64,000 nucleotides of DNA from a virus: IMG/VR virus record IMGVR_UViG_3300036781_000303, positions 8,139 through 72,138 of that record. One strand, given 5' to 3'. The notes under the pieces are model-generated. The model was given only the letters and a program-made list of their open reading frames with translations, did not search any database and was not told the origin of the DNA. A program made the translations under genes and the position numbers. Shown one piece after another: positions 45,373 through 54,850 of the stretch. Each line of letters begins with the position of its first letter. Position 1 is the first letter of the stretch.

Positions 45373-47921
45373 TAGACCAGCCTCTGTGCAAGTCGCTGTT
45401 GATAAGAAAGCTTATTGGCGATTTGATTCTGCGTTTTCTGTGAGGTAGGTGCGGCCAAGTAGAAATTGTTGTTCTGCGATACACCAGCACGACTGATACG
45501 ATCGTTAGGCGTGATGCGGCCGTTCTGGCCACCCATCATGAGGTAATCCTTACCACCTACGGTAAGTAGCTCGGGACCGCGCTCATTGACGCGGCTGATG
45601 CTATTGGACGGCGCTAGGCCACCATTCGCATGGCCGAAAAAACTACCGCTACCACCGAAACCGCCACCACCTAGAAAATCACCTATGGCACCGAAGATGC
45701 CGCCACCACTGCCGCCCGACGAGTCGCCGATACTAAACAGTGACTTCAATAGCTGCTTACTCACAGCCTGGTCGATCTGCTGTTCAAAACTCTGCAAGAA
45801 GCTCTTCAATGCATCGGATGCTGATTTGGTACCCGATATGAAATCAGACAGCGAACTAGATGCACCGTTGAAAAAGTCTGTCGTCAGGTCGTTGGCAATT
45901 TTCGCAACATTGTTCTGCTGCGCCAAGAAATTATGCCACGCTTGCGTGACGCCATTCATCCAATCTGCTTGAGCATCAGCCACCGCAACCTGGCCGTCCT
46001 TAGTGGTCTGCAGAACATCGGCCCAATACTGCTTAAGGTCAGCCAGGCGCTTGGTCGTTTGCACGTCGCCTTCGCCAAGCAAAGCGCTATTTTGCTTTGT
46101 GTAGTCGGTAACCGCCTTAGCGCCTTGCGCGATGACGTTGTTTATCGCGGCTTGGTTGGCAGCTTCTTGCGTGCCTAGACCAATCGACTGCACTTGCAAG
46201 GCAATCTTGTCCTTTTGCGCATCGAGCTGTGCATTCAAGGCATCTTCGTAATCCTTGGTTGCCTTGATTGGTGCTGCAAGATCGTTGGCCAACTTCTGTT
46301 GTGCACTGCTAACGCCTTGCGCAACGAGGTTTTGTACTTGCACAACGTTCGCACCCGCCTTGATAGCTGCAGCACCGAGCTGATCGATTTGGCGCACGGT
46401 ATCGGCATACGCAGAATATGCTTTTTGTGTTGGGTCCGTTGATTCATTGACCTTGGCCACAGCGTCGCCCAGGCGTTGCATGGCGGCAGCAATCTTATCG
46501 GCTTGAGCTGCACCTTCGGGGTTCAGTGCAGCTTGAATACCTTTAAGCGTGTCGCGACCATTGAAATTCTGCGACAGCTTCGCGATGGCAGCAGAAATAA
46601 CGCTCTGCACTTGCCCGACGTCTTCGCCTGCTTTCACAGCAGCGCCACCCAAGGCAGCAATTTGTGCAGCAGTGGAAGAAAAGGCTTTACTCGATTTGAC
46701 GTTACCCGTGGCTAGATCGTTGACCTTTTGCGAAAGATCGACAACGCCTTTCGTCGCATTCTTGATCGGCGCAGTCAACGGGTCATTGAGGTTGTGTCCC
46801 ATGCGGTCAAACGCGGCATTCATCTTGTCGACGGCATCCGACCACGACTTTGCCACAGTGTCTGATGCAGCTTGCGCGTCTGTTGCGATGTTGTGGGTAT
46901 TAGACGCTGCAGCAGCCTGCGCTACTTTTAAAGCAGCGGCTGGGTTAGTCACAGCAAGACTCGCGATATCTGCGTAGTCTCTAAAGTGTTGGACGCCATT
47001 GGCGATAGCGACGGTCAATGTTTCGATGGTCGCTTGAATGAACGCAAAACCTGCCGCTACAGCATTAGCCACAAGTTCGAGACCGCGCAACGCGCCGGCC
47101 AGACCTGTAGCGATATTCTCTACGTCTTGCTGATTCTTGGCGATACCAACGAGTGAGTTAGTCCAATCGTTGAGGGTAGGCAGCAACGCCTGTACAAGCT
47201 GGTTCTTAAGACCTTGCGTAGCCAAGGTCAGTTCGTTCATGTTGTCGTCGAACTTCGCGGCTGCTTCGGCCGCTTGGCCGGCAAGCGCAGCACCTAAGGA
47301 GATAGCATCCTCTTCGGCTTCTTTCATACCCTCACTACCCTTTTCAAGAAAAGGAATAAGGTTCTGATAGTTTTTACCGAAGAGCTCGATGCCTGCTGCT
47401 GTCGTCGTACTGTTAACGCCCAGCTCTTTAAGCCTGTCGGCGTAGTCTGACATTACGTCCTGTGTGCTACGCAGATTACCGCTGACATCCGTAATACTGA
47501 TGCCCAATGCCTTAAACAGTTTGGCTTGCTCACTTGAGCCGTTAGTTGCTTTGCCCAGGGTTGCAGACAGGCGCGTTAGCGTGGTGGTCAGGTCGTCCGT
47601 GCTGACGTCAGACAGTTTAGCCGCGCCTGCCAGCGCGCTGAACTGTTCAACAGGCAAACCTACTTTCTGTGCTGACTTGCCTAGTTGATCCATCTGTTCG
47701 ATGGCTTCTTTGACGCCATCAATAAGTGCATCAACGCCGACTGTGATGCCGGCAAATTCGAGAAGCTTCGCTATGTTCTCAGAGAACTCGCCGACATCCT
47801 TTTCAATTTCATTCAAACTTTTTTGCGCAGCGCGGGAAGCTTTAGACATACCGTCTATAAAGCCGCCAATGTTGGCAATCAGGTCTAGCGTCAATGAACC
47901 TAGTGAGCGTGAGCTAGCCAT
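45372..47921 (-). CDS. tape measure protein
   Basis: 849 aa, Ala-rich, SLGSLTLDL start, HANGG...VNERGPEL C-terminus. Confidence 0.93.
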   Translation of the reverse strand: MASSRSLGSLTLDLIANIGGFIDGMSKASRAAQKSLNEIEKDVGEFSENIAKLLEFAGITVGVDALIDGVKEAIEQMDQLGKSAQKVGLPVEQFSALAGAAKLSDVSTDDLTTTLTRLSATLGKATNGSSEQAKLFKALGISITDVSGNLRSTQDVMSDYADRLKELGVNSTTTAAGIELFGKNYQNLIPFLEKGSEGMKEAEEDAISLGAALAGQAAEAAAKFDDNMNELTLATQGLKNQLVQALLPTLNDWTNSLVGIAKNQQDVENIATGLAGALRGLELVANAVAAGFAFIQATIETLTVAIANGVQHFRDYADIASLAVTNPAAALKVAQAAAASNTHNIATDAQAASDTVAKSWSDAVDKMNAAFDRMGHNLNDPLTAPIKNATKGVVDLSQKVNDLATGNVKSSKAFSSTAAQIAALGGAAVKAGEDVGQVQSVISAAIAKLSQNFNGRDTLKGIQAALNPEGAAQADKIAAAMQRLGDAVAKVNESTDPTQKAYSAYADTVRQIDQLGAAAIKAGANVVQVQNLVAQGVSSAQQKLANDLAAPIKATKDYEDALNAQLDAQKDKIALQVQSIGLGTQEAANQAAINNVIAQGAKAVTDYTKQNSALLGEGDVQTTKRLADLKQYWADVLQTTKDGQVAVADAQADWMNGVTQAWHNFLAQQNNVAKIANDLTTDFFNGASSSLSDFISGTKSASDALKSFLQSFEQQIDQAVSKQLLKSLFSIGDSSGGSGGGIFGAIGDFLGGGGFGGSGSFFGHANGGLAPSNSISRVNERGPELLTVGGKDYLMMGGQNGRITPNDRISRAGVSQNNNFYLAAPTSQKTQNQIANKLSYQQRLAQRLV

Positions 47922-48273
47922 CAGGACGTCCCTATACGCTTAAATGCTTTCAGTGCTGCGCTAAAGGCTATGCCTTCACCATCTTGTTCATCGCTCGCAG
48001 CGTCGTCACTTTTGCGAACATGTTGCGTAAAGTCGTCCATGGTGTAGAGCGACCTATCATCCTTGCGTAGACCAAAACCGCGTGCAAGAAGCCAAGCCAG
48101 CAAAGCAAAGCCAACTTCCATTCGAATGCCTAAATTGGATGAACCACGAGCGTTGAAATAGCTCGCCCAATCTTCGGCTTCATCAACTGTCAAATTAAAC
48201 TTTGCTTCTTCGATCGTTTTACCGCCGATGCCGTTCAACACTAATTCGTGCCAGAACTCGTCGGCGGCTGTGA
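47921..48273 (-). CDS. tail assembly chaperone C-terminal extension (gpGT-like), made by -1 frameshift
   Basis: The -1 frame reads LTAADEFWHELVLNGIGGKT after the slippery site. Confidence 0.85.
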
Positions 48274-48618
48274 GTTTTTTGCGGTGTTGTCCCGTGGCTT
48301 GTTGACCTTCATAAACGCATTGAACAAGGCAACAGACAGCGAGGGCTCAAGCGCATAGGCGTCGTCGTAAGTCATTACCTCTTCGCCGTGTTCGCCAAGC
48401 AAGACGCCACCGGCAATGATCGTCGCACTACGGCTACGATTTTCGCGGGCAGCTTGGTTGCCTAAGTCGATAAGGCCAAAGCTGTTCTTACGAATGAAAA
48501 CGTCGAAGGTAACCAAGTCTTCCTTGCCATCCTCGTCTATCTTTTTCCATTCCACAGGTGTCTTGACCAGTGTCGAATCGACGAGTCCACCACGTGCCCT
48601 CAATTCATCGAGTCTCAT
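48241..48618 (-). CDS. tail assembly chaperone (gpG-like)
   Basis: Lies between tail tube and tape measure genes; GAGGA RBS. Confidence 0.85.
   Translation of the reverse strand: MRLDELRARGGLVDSTLVKTPVEWKKIDEDGKEDLVTFDVFIRKNSFGLIDLGNQAARENRSRSATIIAGGVLLGEHGEEVMTYDDAYALEPSLSVALFNAFMKVNKPRDNTAKNSQPPTSSGTN
48274..48280 (-). other. programmed -1 ribosomal frameshift site A AAA AAC
   Basis: GCA AAA AAC near the end of the chaperone gene, upstream of the tape measure gene. Confidence 0.85.
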
Positions 48619-48658
48619 ACATCCTCACAATACAGTTAAAGAGTAGGACAACCGACGC

Positions 48659-49153
48659 TTATGGCGTCGGTGCCTTTGGCAATACGGTGGGCTCACCGCT
48701 GATCTGAATGCCGACCTTGCTTGTGACAAGCGCATTGATGGCAAACGTGAACGGGTAGCTGTTCATGAATCCTTGAAACGCAATCCACGAACGCGTCGAC
48801 GGCAACACGAATGCGCCCGACGAATCGACCGTAGGCTGTGGCAAGTTACCGCTGCTGTCGCGTATGCCGTCGCCAAAGCCGATAGCCCAGTTGAGCACGT
48901 CGCCTGCAACTTTCAGCTGATGCATGCGCACGTGGCTCGCGTCGGCTGGGTCGAAGTTGATGCCAAACGTCGCACTACCTGGTGTGGCCAAGCCACCCAC
49001 ATAGGTGCGTGCCAACGAATCGAGACAGGTAGTCTCTAGCTGATCGAGCGTCGTATCGATACCGTCGATGTCCGTCACGCAACCGACAACAAGAATGGTC
49101 TTGTTGGCCGGGTCAATGCAGTACATCTGCGTACCCTGTGTTTTAATTGACAT
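48659..49153 (-). CDS. major tail (tube) protein
   Basis: MSIKTQGT, ETTCLD...YVGGLATPG and F.GF...YPF motifs. Confidence 0.88.
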   Translation of the reverse strand: MSIKTQGTQMYCIDPANKTILVVGCVTDIDGIDTTLDQLETTCLDSLARTYVGGLATPGSATFGINFDPADASHVRMHQLKVAGDVLNWAIGFGDGIRDSSGNLPQPTVDSSGAFVLPSTRSWIAFQGFMNSYPFTFAINALVTSKVGIQISGEPTVLPKAPTP

Positions 49154-49164
49154 GGTCAAGCCCT

Positions 49165-49551
49165 CTAGTTGCTGTTGCGTTGAGTAAACCAATCCACTTG
49201 AAACGACACACGATACAAGCGCGTGTCAACTTCTTTGCTTTCACCAAGCCAGCCTGTGATGTAAGCAAAAATCTCGATAGCGTTGCGCACGGCTTTAACC
49301 ACAGCGCGTGCCTCGCTGAGCGTGCGTGCGTAAGCATCCATCTGGACGGTATGCGAATCTATATCAGGTACCTTATCCAAAACATTTTCTGGCAATCCGC
49401 TTACGATCTGCCAAGTGAGGTAAGGTCGTACGGTATCCTGATCGGCTTCGCCAGGAACATACACACGCAACGGATTGCTGCCCAATAGCGCAACCACGTC
49501 GGTGTTGTTCTTAAGCGTTTCGAATACAGGCGGATACACGCTAACCTCCAA
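49165..49551 (-). CDS. tail terminator (DUF3168-like)
   Basis: RVYVPGEA...PYLTWQIVSG.PEN and QMDAYA motifs. Confidence 0.85.
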   Translation of the reverse strand: MEVSVYPPVFETLKNNTDVVALLGSNPLRVYVPGEADQDTVRPYLTWQIVSGLPENVLDKVPDIDSHTVQMDAYARTLSEARAVVKAVRNAIEIFAYITGWLGESKEVDTRLYRVSFQVDWFTQRNSN

Positions 49552-50035
49552 CTATCTCGTCAATACCCTCATTGATCTGCGCCGTGATGGCGCTCGATGC
49601 GGTATCCACATTGTTCTGCAGGGCCGGACGCATGAAAGGCTGCGCTTTCATCTTGGACGTACCAAATTCCAAGAAGCGCCAATAGTAGACGTTGCCTGGG
49701 GTAACGTAGGTCTTGCCTGCTTTACGTGAACGACGATTGTTCTTAGTTTTTGCGTATTCTTTTGAAGCGCCACCGAGCACACCCACACTCAGTGCAACGC
49801 CCCCATTTTGTCGACCCAACTTTGTGTTGGTCCGGATAACGATGTCTTTCCACACCATGGCTGGTGTTTTTGGATCATCGAACTGTCGTGCTCTATCCTG
49901 TGCTGCTTTTTGTACGATCAAAGCGCCTTGTTGGAGCGCCTTGTTAAGGTACTTTTTCTCAAGTTTAGGCGCAAGCGTCTTAAGCTTGTTGATGACGCCG
50001 TCTTTGATGTTTAAGTCGAACTTATTGGCAGCCAT
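49541..50035 (-). CDS. HK97 gp10-like neck/tail-completion protein
   Basis: YYWRFLEFGTSKMKAQPFMRPAL. Confidence 0.9.
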   Translation of the reverse strand: MAANKFDLNIKDGVINKLKTLAPKLEKKYLNKALQQGALIVQKAAQDRARQFDDPKTPAMVWKDIVIRTNTKLGRQNGGVALSVGVLGGASKEYAKTKNNRRSRKAGKTYVTPGNVYYWRFLEFGTSKMKAQPFMRPALQNNVDTASSAITAQINEGIDEIVGG

Positions 50036-50721
50036 CGCTGTGCCTCCAACCATAGATCGTCGTGTGGCGCGCTATCCCATGTAGGCAGCCAGGGGCCGCC
50101 AAGCGTGAAATGCGCGATGCCTGGCTTATCCGGCTTGGGCGTTACGTTGACAAGCCAATTCCAACGCGCTGGCAGCTCACCAATCTCTGAGTCATGCAGC
50201 CAGTAGAAGCGATGCAGGTCTCGACCTGGTCGCTCGTTGATATCTTGGATAGTAAGCCTTTGATTGGCTGGATGATCGCAGTTGAAGAGCATAACACTCG
50301 ACCAGTTCTTACGAGCGTAACGCTGTTGCAGCTGGCCATCCATTTTTGTAGCGTCGTTCTCAAGCTGCTTATGCTTAACCACCATCACAGCTTTCGATTG
50401 ATCGGCATGTGCAAACAGCTTTTCGACGTCGTCAAGAAACACAACATCGCAGTCAACGAACAATGCCCAACCGCGCTGTTCAAGCATAGGTACAAAGAAG
50501 CGTGTCAGTGCAAAGTCAGTTGAGCAATAAGCATTACTTACAAGGTCATATGCACGGCCGCCACGACGATCGAGCACGCGATGGTAAAGACCGTAAGCGG
50601 CTAAACGCTCAGCATCGAGCTTGATAGGCTCAATAGCTAGGCGCGCTTGCGCCTTTAACGATTTAACAGCAACGTCGTATGCCGCTTGTTCTCGTGCGTC
50701 GTGGCCGATATAGACTCTCAT
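50011..50721 (-). CDS. GT-A fold glycosyltransferase (GT8-like)
   Basis: RVYIGHD, STDF..TRF, FVDCD (DxD), RKNWSSVMLFN, WNWL and HFTLGGPW motifs. Confidence 0.88.
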   Translation of the reverse strand: MRVYIGHDAREQAAYDVAVKSLKAQARLAIEPIKLDAERLAAYGLYHRVLDRRGGRAYDLVSNAYCSTDFALTRFFVPMLEQRGWALFVDCDVVFLDDVEKLFAHADQSKAVMVVKHKQLENDATKMDGQLQQRYARKNWSSVMLFNCDHPANQRLTIQDINERPGRDLHRFYWLHDSEIGELPARWNWLVNVTPKPDKPGIAHFTLGGPWLPTWDSAPHDDLWLEAQRWLPISST

Positions 50722-51254
50722 GGCTTTCTGGCCACAATGCGAAAATCGCGATCGAAGCGGCCGACCTTATGCCATTCCGGTATTTGCTCTTCAATGTCCA
50801 CAAACCCATGAGCTCTGAGAAAAGGCGCGAGTGTGTCGTAAGTCCAGCCCCAGCGATGACACATGTAGGGGTCGCGCAAGGTAGGATCGCCGTAAAGACC
50901 CCACATGCCCAACTGGTCTGGCTCTTTCTTACCCTGCTTGCCTTCAAGGATGTTAGCGCAGAACTTGAATAGGTCTGGCATTTCTAGAACAAGTCGACCT
51001 TTTTTGGCCAACAATCGAAACCACTCGTTGATGACGTCGTCGCATTCCCAACGGTAAAGATGTTCCCACAGATGAATCGCCATGATTTCACTGGCGCAGC
51101 CATTGGGCAAAGCGATTGAACGCACGTCGCTAAGCATATCGGGTGCGCGTTGTGCTTTTGGGTTAGCAGCGATGTCGATGTTGAACCAACCATCAAGCAC
51201 GTGGCGACCGCAACCTAGGTTCAGGCGCAGATTTGTTGCTGTAGAAAGGTCCAT
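50718..51254 (-). CDS. class I SAM-dependent methyltransferase
   Basis: LNLGCG...GWFNID, HLWEH and RLL..GRL...MPD motifs. Confidence 0.88.
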   Translation of the reverse strand: MDLSTATNLRLNLGCGRHVLDGWFNIDIAANPKAQRAPDMLSDVRSIALPNGCASEIMAIHLWEHLYRWECDDVINEWFRLLAKKGRLVLEMPDLFKFCANILEGKQGKKEPDQLGMWGLYGDPTLRDPYMCHRWGWTYDTLAPFLRAHGFVDIEEQIPEWHKVGRFDRDFRIVARKP

Positions 51255-52012
51255 GCGTGCTTGGCCTCTGTAGGTTTCCACTGCCACCAAGCGAGTCGCC
51301 GTAAGAATGCCAAGCGAGCTGCATGAGTGGGGTTATAGGGGTTTTTGATGCTGTTGTTGTACAAGCCTGCTGCAGCGCCGTCCTTGCACACTACAGGTAT
51401 GCCGGCCATGCAAGCGTCGATAGCTACGTTGCTGTGATGACACACAACCAGGCTGGCGCCGCGCAAGACATCTTCGATGGAACCTTCGCTATGATCACAA
51501 AACACGAAAGCTTCGGGGCGCTTTGGTCGATACACAATGCGCTTATCAGGGTAGGCATTACGCAATGCGTAGTAGGTTTGTTCTTCCCATTCGAGTCCGC
51601 GCAGGCCCAGCGCTTCGCGACTCTTTTTGCCAAAGCCTACCAAGATGATAGGTCCGTTGGCGTCGTAGTCATCGCGCAGTGCGATCGAGCAACGATCGAA
51701 ACGTAACGCCGGCATGTCAGGTAACAAGCAAGGCGGGTGATCGCGATCGATACTCAAGCGAAAATGGCAGTCACGTATCCAATAACCTAAGTCCCAGGCT
51801 ACAACGTGCCCGCCGTCGCGAATATGCCGTAGCATCGCTGGACGTCGTACAGGGTGGCCAAGTCCCCATGTCATGACGATTGGGCTGCTGCCTGTGTAAG
51901 TCGGCGATGTATGAACCGTGACACCGGCCGCTGCAGCACTATCGAGCATGGCGGCAAGCATGACGCGCTGACGCTGGCGCAAGTCCATAGGCATGACGAT
52001 TTCACAATCCAT
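51221..52012 (-). CDS. capsule-biosynthesis-like (KpsS/KpsC-type) glycosyltransferase
   Basis: DLGY, IVYRPK, VVCHHSNVAIDACMAGIPV and LAWWQW motifs. Confidence 0.7.
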   Translation of the reverse strand: MDCEIVMPMDLRQRQRVMLAAMLDSAAAAGVTVHTSPTYTGSSPIVMTWGLGHPVRRPAMLRHIRDGGHVVAWDLGYWIRDCHFRLSIDRDHPPCLLPDMPALRFDRCSIALRDDYDANGPIILVGFGKKSREALGLRGLEWEEQTYYALRNAYPDKRIVYRPKRPEAFVFCDHSEGSIEDVLRGASLVVCHHSNVAIDACMAGIPVVCKDGAAAGLYNNSIKNPYNPTHAARLAFLRRLAWWQWKPTEAKHAWTFLQQQICA

Positions 52013-52868
52013 GTAAAAACCCTCGCAAGTCCTTGGCAGCCTGATCGACTGAATATGTCTTCGTCACAGCTTTAGCCTGCATGGTTTGACGAAATTGCGC
52101 AGATGCGGCTACAAGTAGCGCGTCATGCACGTCATCCTTTGTTCGTACCCACAATTCGGCGCCGGCCGCTGTTTCTTTGTAACCGCATTCTGGCTGGCCG
52201 ATAAAGGTAGCGCCTATAGCATGTGCGTTGGCCAATTTTACGTTTGACTTCCAATGACTCTGGACGTAGCCGCAATAAGGCTCGTCGCGCATAGCAACGA
52301 CAGCGTCAGCCATGCACAGACTACGTGGGTTAACTTCAAAAACGATATCGCGTGCTTTACACACGTCACGTAGAACATTTGACCATTTGCCTAAATAAGC
52401 TGCAGCGCCTTCGTAGGCAAGTGTACGCATCGTCGGTGCGACTGAAATAGGTTGTAACCCTGGTCGATGGTGGTGGTAAAGCACAAAGCCAGGACGACCG
52501 TCGCTACAGTCAGACATCATGCACTGGTTTGGCCAAACGACGGCAGTAGGTTGTAACGCTGCGATCTGTGCTTTGACCCAAGCGATTGCTTCATTGCGTG
52601 ACCACACAGTACATGCAGGCTGCGGGTAAAAGTCTACGACATCGAACACCCACGTCTTGCGTTGTTGACGCAATTGCTGCAGCAACAACGGCGGCACTTT
52701 TTTGACGGCTATAACGATGTCGGCATCTGAAATAGCACGCTGTGACAGCGGGCTAAGTGGTGTGCTATTGCCTAAGGGCACTGCATTACTACCCATGGCA
52801 CGCGCCAGTTGCTCACCGCGAATCGTCCAAGACCCAGCGCCACCACGACCTGTAAAAAGAATGTTCAT
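52002..52868 (-). CDS. GT-B fold glycosyltransferase-like protein
   Basis: GSWTIRG, VFDVVD, LAYEG and KSNVKLANAHAIG (GT4-like KL..A..G) motifs. Confidence 0.7.
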   Translation of the reverse strand: MNILFTGRGGAGSWTIRGEQLARAMGSNAVPLGNSTPLSPLSQRAISDADIVIAVKKVPPLLLQQLRQQRKTWVFDVVDFYPQPACTVWSRNEAIAWVKAQIAALQPTAVVWPNQCMMSDCSDGRPGFVLYHHHRPGLQPISVAPTMRTLAYEGAAAYLGKWSNVLRDVCKARDIVFEVNPRSLCMADAVVAMRDEPYCGYVQSHWKSNVKLANAHAIGATFIGQPECGYKETAAGAELWVRTKDDVHDALLVAASAQFRQTMQAKAVTKTYSVDQAAKDLRGFLHGL

Positions 52869-53611
52869 AGTAAAATGTCGAAGGCGAAGCCACTTTCGAT
52901 TTCATTCAATCGCCACATCGCCCACGCCATACGACGGAACATCTGCAAGCGCGTGCGCTCGCAACGATTAGGCACGTCGCCCATAGTTGCCGATGCATCT
53001 TTTGCAATCCAATTGGGCATATCACTATAGACAGGAATGCCCCAAGCGAGCGCCTTGATGGCTGCACCGCTGCCCCAGGTGTACACAGCGTAAGCGTTCG
53101 CTAAATCATGCTGCAGTGGCGTGCATTTATTTGTACCGGGGTGACGGCGTACACGCGCGTCTTTGTGGCTTGCAGCGTTCGCTGTCCATGACAACGGCAT
53201 CGCTACGCCTGGTTCACCAATGCCACGCTGTGGCAAGACTATGAGCTCACGGCCATAGTCGCGAAACGGCAAAAGCTCTACGTTTAAATTGTCCCAACGC
53301 GCGGCACCGTAATTGTTCCAAATGCCAGCACCATTGTGATGACTACGACTTATCGCATACCAGCGATCACCCACGAAGTCGTTGCCCATGTACCCGTTCT
53401 CAGCGACGAGAACAGTAGCGCCTACACGTTCGAACGCTTTCGCGGCGTCGTCTGCAACGCCAAAACGGTTCCATATGATAAGCAAATCGGTCGGCTTGGG
53501 TGATTGCGTCATCGAAAAGCACGGCTCGAAACCCAGACGCTTGACGCCTACAGCAAAAGCATCACGACGATAGTGAGGCTGTTCACGAAGCCCAATGTAA
53601 GCGCGGCTCAT
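52865..53611 (-). CDS. capsule-biosynthesis-like (KpsS/KpsC-type) glycosyltransferase, paralogue of 51221..52012
   Basis: ENGY, VRRHP, TWGSGAAIKALAWGIPV and MAWAMW motifs. Confidence 0.7.
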   Translation of the reverse strand: MSRAYIGLREQPHYRRDAFAVGVKRLGFEPCFSMTQSPKPTDLLIIWNRFGVADDAAKAFERVGATVLVAENGYMGNDFVGDRWYAISRSHHNGAGIWNNYGAARWDNLNVELLPFRDYGRELIVLPQRGIGEPGVAMPLSWTANAASHKDARVRRHPGTNKCTPLQHDLANAYAVYTWGSGAAIKALAWGIPVYSDMPNWIAKDASATMGDVPNRCERTRLQMFRRMAWAMWRLNEIESGFAFDILL

Positions 53612-54117
53612 GACACCCCACTCGCAAAGCACGTCAATGCGCTACCGGGCGTCATATTGATGACGTCGACACCGGTATGGCGCCACATACGGAATTCATC
53701 GCGCATACCCTTGAAGCGGTTGGCGTCAGGGTTCTTTAAAGGGGCTTTGTGCAAACCGAAAAAATGATCACCATGCAAATCGAAGCCGTGCAGATAGATG
53801 CGCTTTGCGCCCATCCACTGAGCAACCATGCAAGCAAGCAGGCCGCTATTACAACCTGTACCGAAATGCTCATTGACCATGGCGGATGGCTCAAAACGTT
53901 CAACACCTTCAATGCGATTGGTCGAAAACTTGCGGCCGACGAACCTAAACGCGTCTGGGTGAGCTGTCCACCATGCAATATCCTGACTGACAAGAACATC
54001 GCCCCATGGCGCCAGTGTGTAGCAGTTGCTCACTACTGCGACGTGCTGGCCACGCAAACCATCTGCCACCGCTTGCGACATGCTTGGCCCACTGGCTATG
54101 ACATGCCACTCAGCCAT
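53608..54117 (-). CDS. Maf/DUF115/GT29-like (sialyltransferase-like Rossmann) protein
   Basis: VIASGPS, NSGLLA..VA..MGAKRIYLHGFDL and INMTPGSALTCF motifs. Confidence 0.7.
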   Translation of the reverse strand: MAEWHVIASGPSMSQAVADGLRGQHVAVVSNCYTLAPWGDVLVSQDIAWWTAHPDAFRFVGRKFSTNRIEGVERFEPSAMVNEHFGTGCNSGLLACMVAQWMGAKRIYLHGFDLHGDHFFGLHKAPLKNPDANRFKGMRDEFRMWRHTGVDVINMTPGSALTCFASGVS

Positions 54118-54481
54118 CGTAGATACCTGCCTCAACAGGCAGCGACAGCCATTCGAGCCCTGTATCAGGATCACGAATAGGATGACCCGCGATCTGGTAA
54201 TACGTGATTGTCCCGTGGTTGTCGTCATGCACGCAGCGCATCTTGGCTGTGACGCCTACGCGATAGCGCACCACGATAACGCCTGCAACGGTGCTCTGCA
54301 GTGCCGATGATTCAATAAATTCGCGTGCAGACAGCATACGTATTTCAGCCGGCACGTCCGACCATCGGGGTGTCCAACCTGTAATGACCATTTCGCCGGA
54401 CAATGCATCTTGCACAGCGATAGGCGCCTCAATATTGATGCGATGCTTGAGGCGACCTGCATAGAAAGTGGTCGTAGCCAT
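54110..54481 (-). CDS. head closure protein (SPP1 gp16-like)
   Basis: AGRLKHRINI, SAREF and RYR.GVTAKMR motifs. Confidence 0.9.
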   Translation of the reverse strand: MATTTFYAGRLKHRINIEAPIAVQDALSGEMVITGWTPRWSDVPAEIRMLSAREFIESSALQSTVAGVIVVRYRVGVTAKMRCVHDDNHGTITYYQIAGHPIRDPDTGLEWLSLPVEAGIYDG

Positions 54482-54849
54482 TAGCCTATTGTCGGGTCAC
54501 GCAGCATGTAGATAGGTGCCGTCACAAACCACGGCAGATAACCTTGCTGCCAGTTGTTGATTTCGAAACCGTCACGATCGCGCATCCACAAGCCTACAAG
54601 AAGCGCTGTCGACAGCATGACCTCAGGCGGTACACCGGGACCATCTTTGCGTGTCTGCGGTACAACGTCGCCATGGCTGTCCACAAGTACGTCGCCATGG
54701 CTATCTTGGTAGAGCGTCGGGCTCTTGAGATAGTTGAGCAACGCTGACGTCGCTGCTTGAATCACAAGCTGCAAATCGGCGTCGTCGGCTGTTCCGCTAT
54801 CAAGCTTCAAGCGCGCTTTCGCTTGTGCGAGCGACAAAAACATGCGCAT
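54481..54849 (-). CDS. head-tail connector (HK97 gp6-like)
   Basis: SLAQAKARLKLD...DDADL...I.AA and LRDP motifs. Confidence 0.88.
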   Translation of the reverse strand: MRMFLSLAQAKARLKLDSGTADDADLQLVIQAATSALLNYLKSPTLYQDSHGDVLVDSHGDVVPQTRKDGPGVPPEVMLSTALLVGLWMRDRDGFEINNWQQGYLPWFVTAPIYMLRDPTIG

Positions 54850-54850
54850 A

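Noticed and set aside
48241-48280. Tail chaperone -1 frameshift as a novelty
   Set aside because: It is real but a well-known conserved feature of long-tailed phages, so it is listed as a feature only.
50011-54117. GT cassette as a GtrABC-type O-antigen conversion locus
   Set aside because: No multi-TM flippase or GT-C protein, no lysogeny genes, and the genes are translationally coupled inside the late structural operon.
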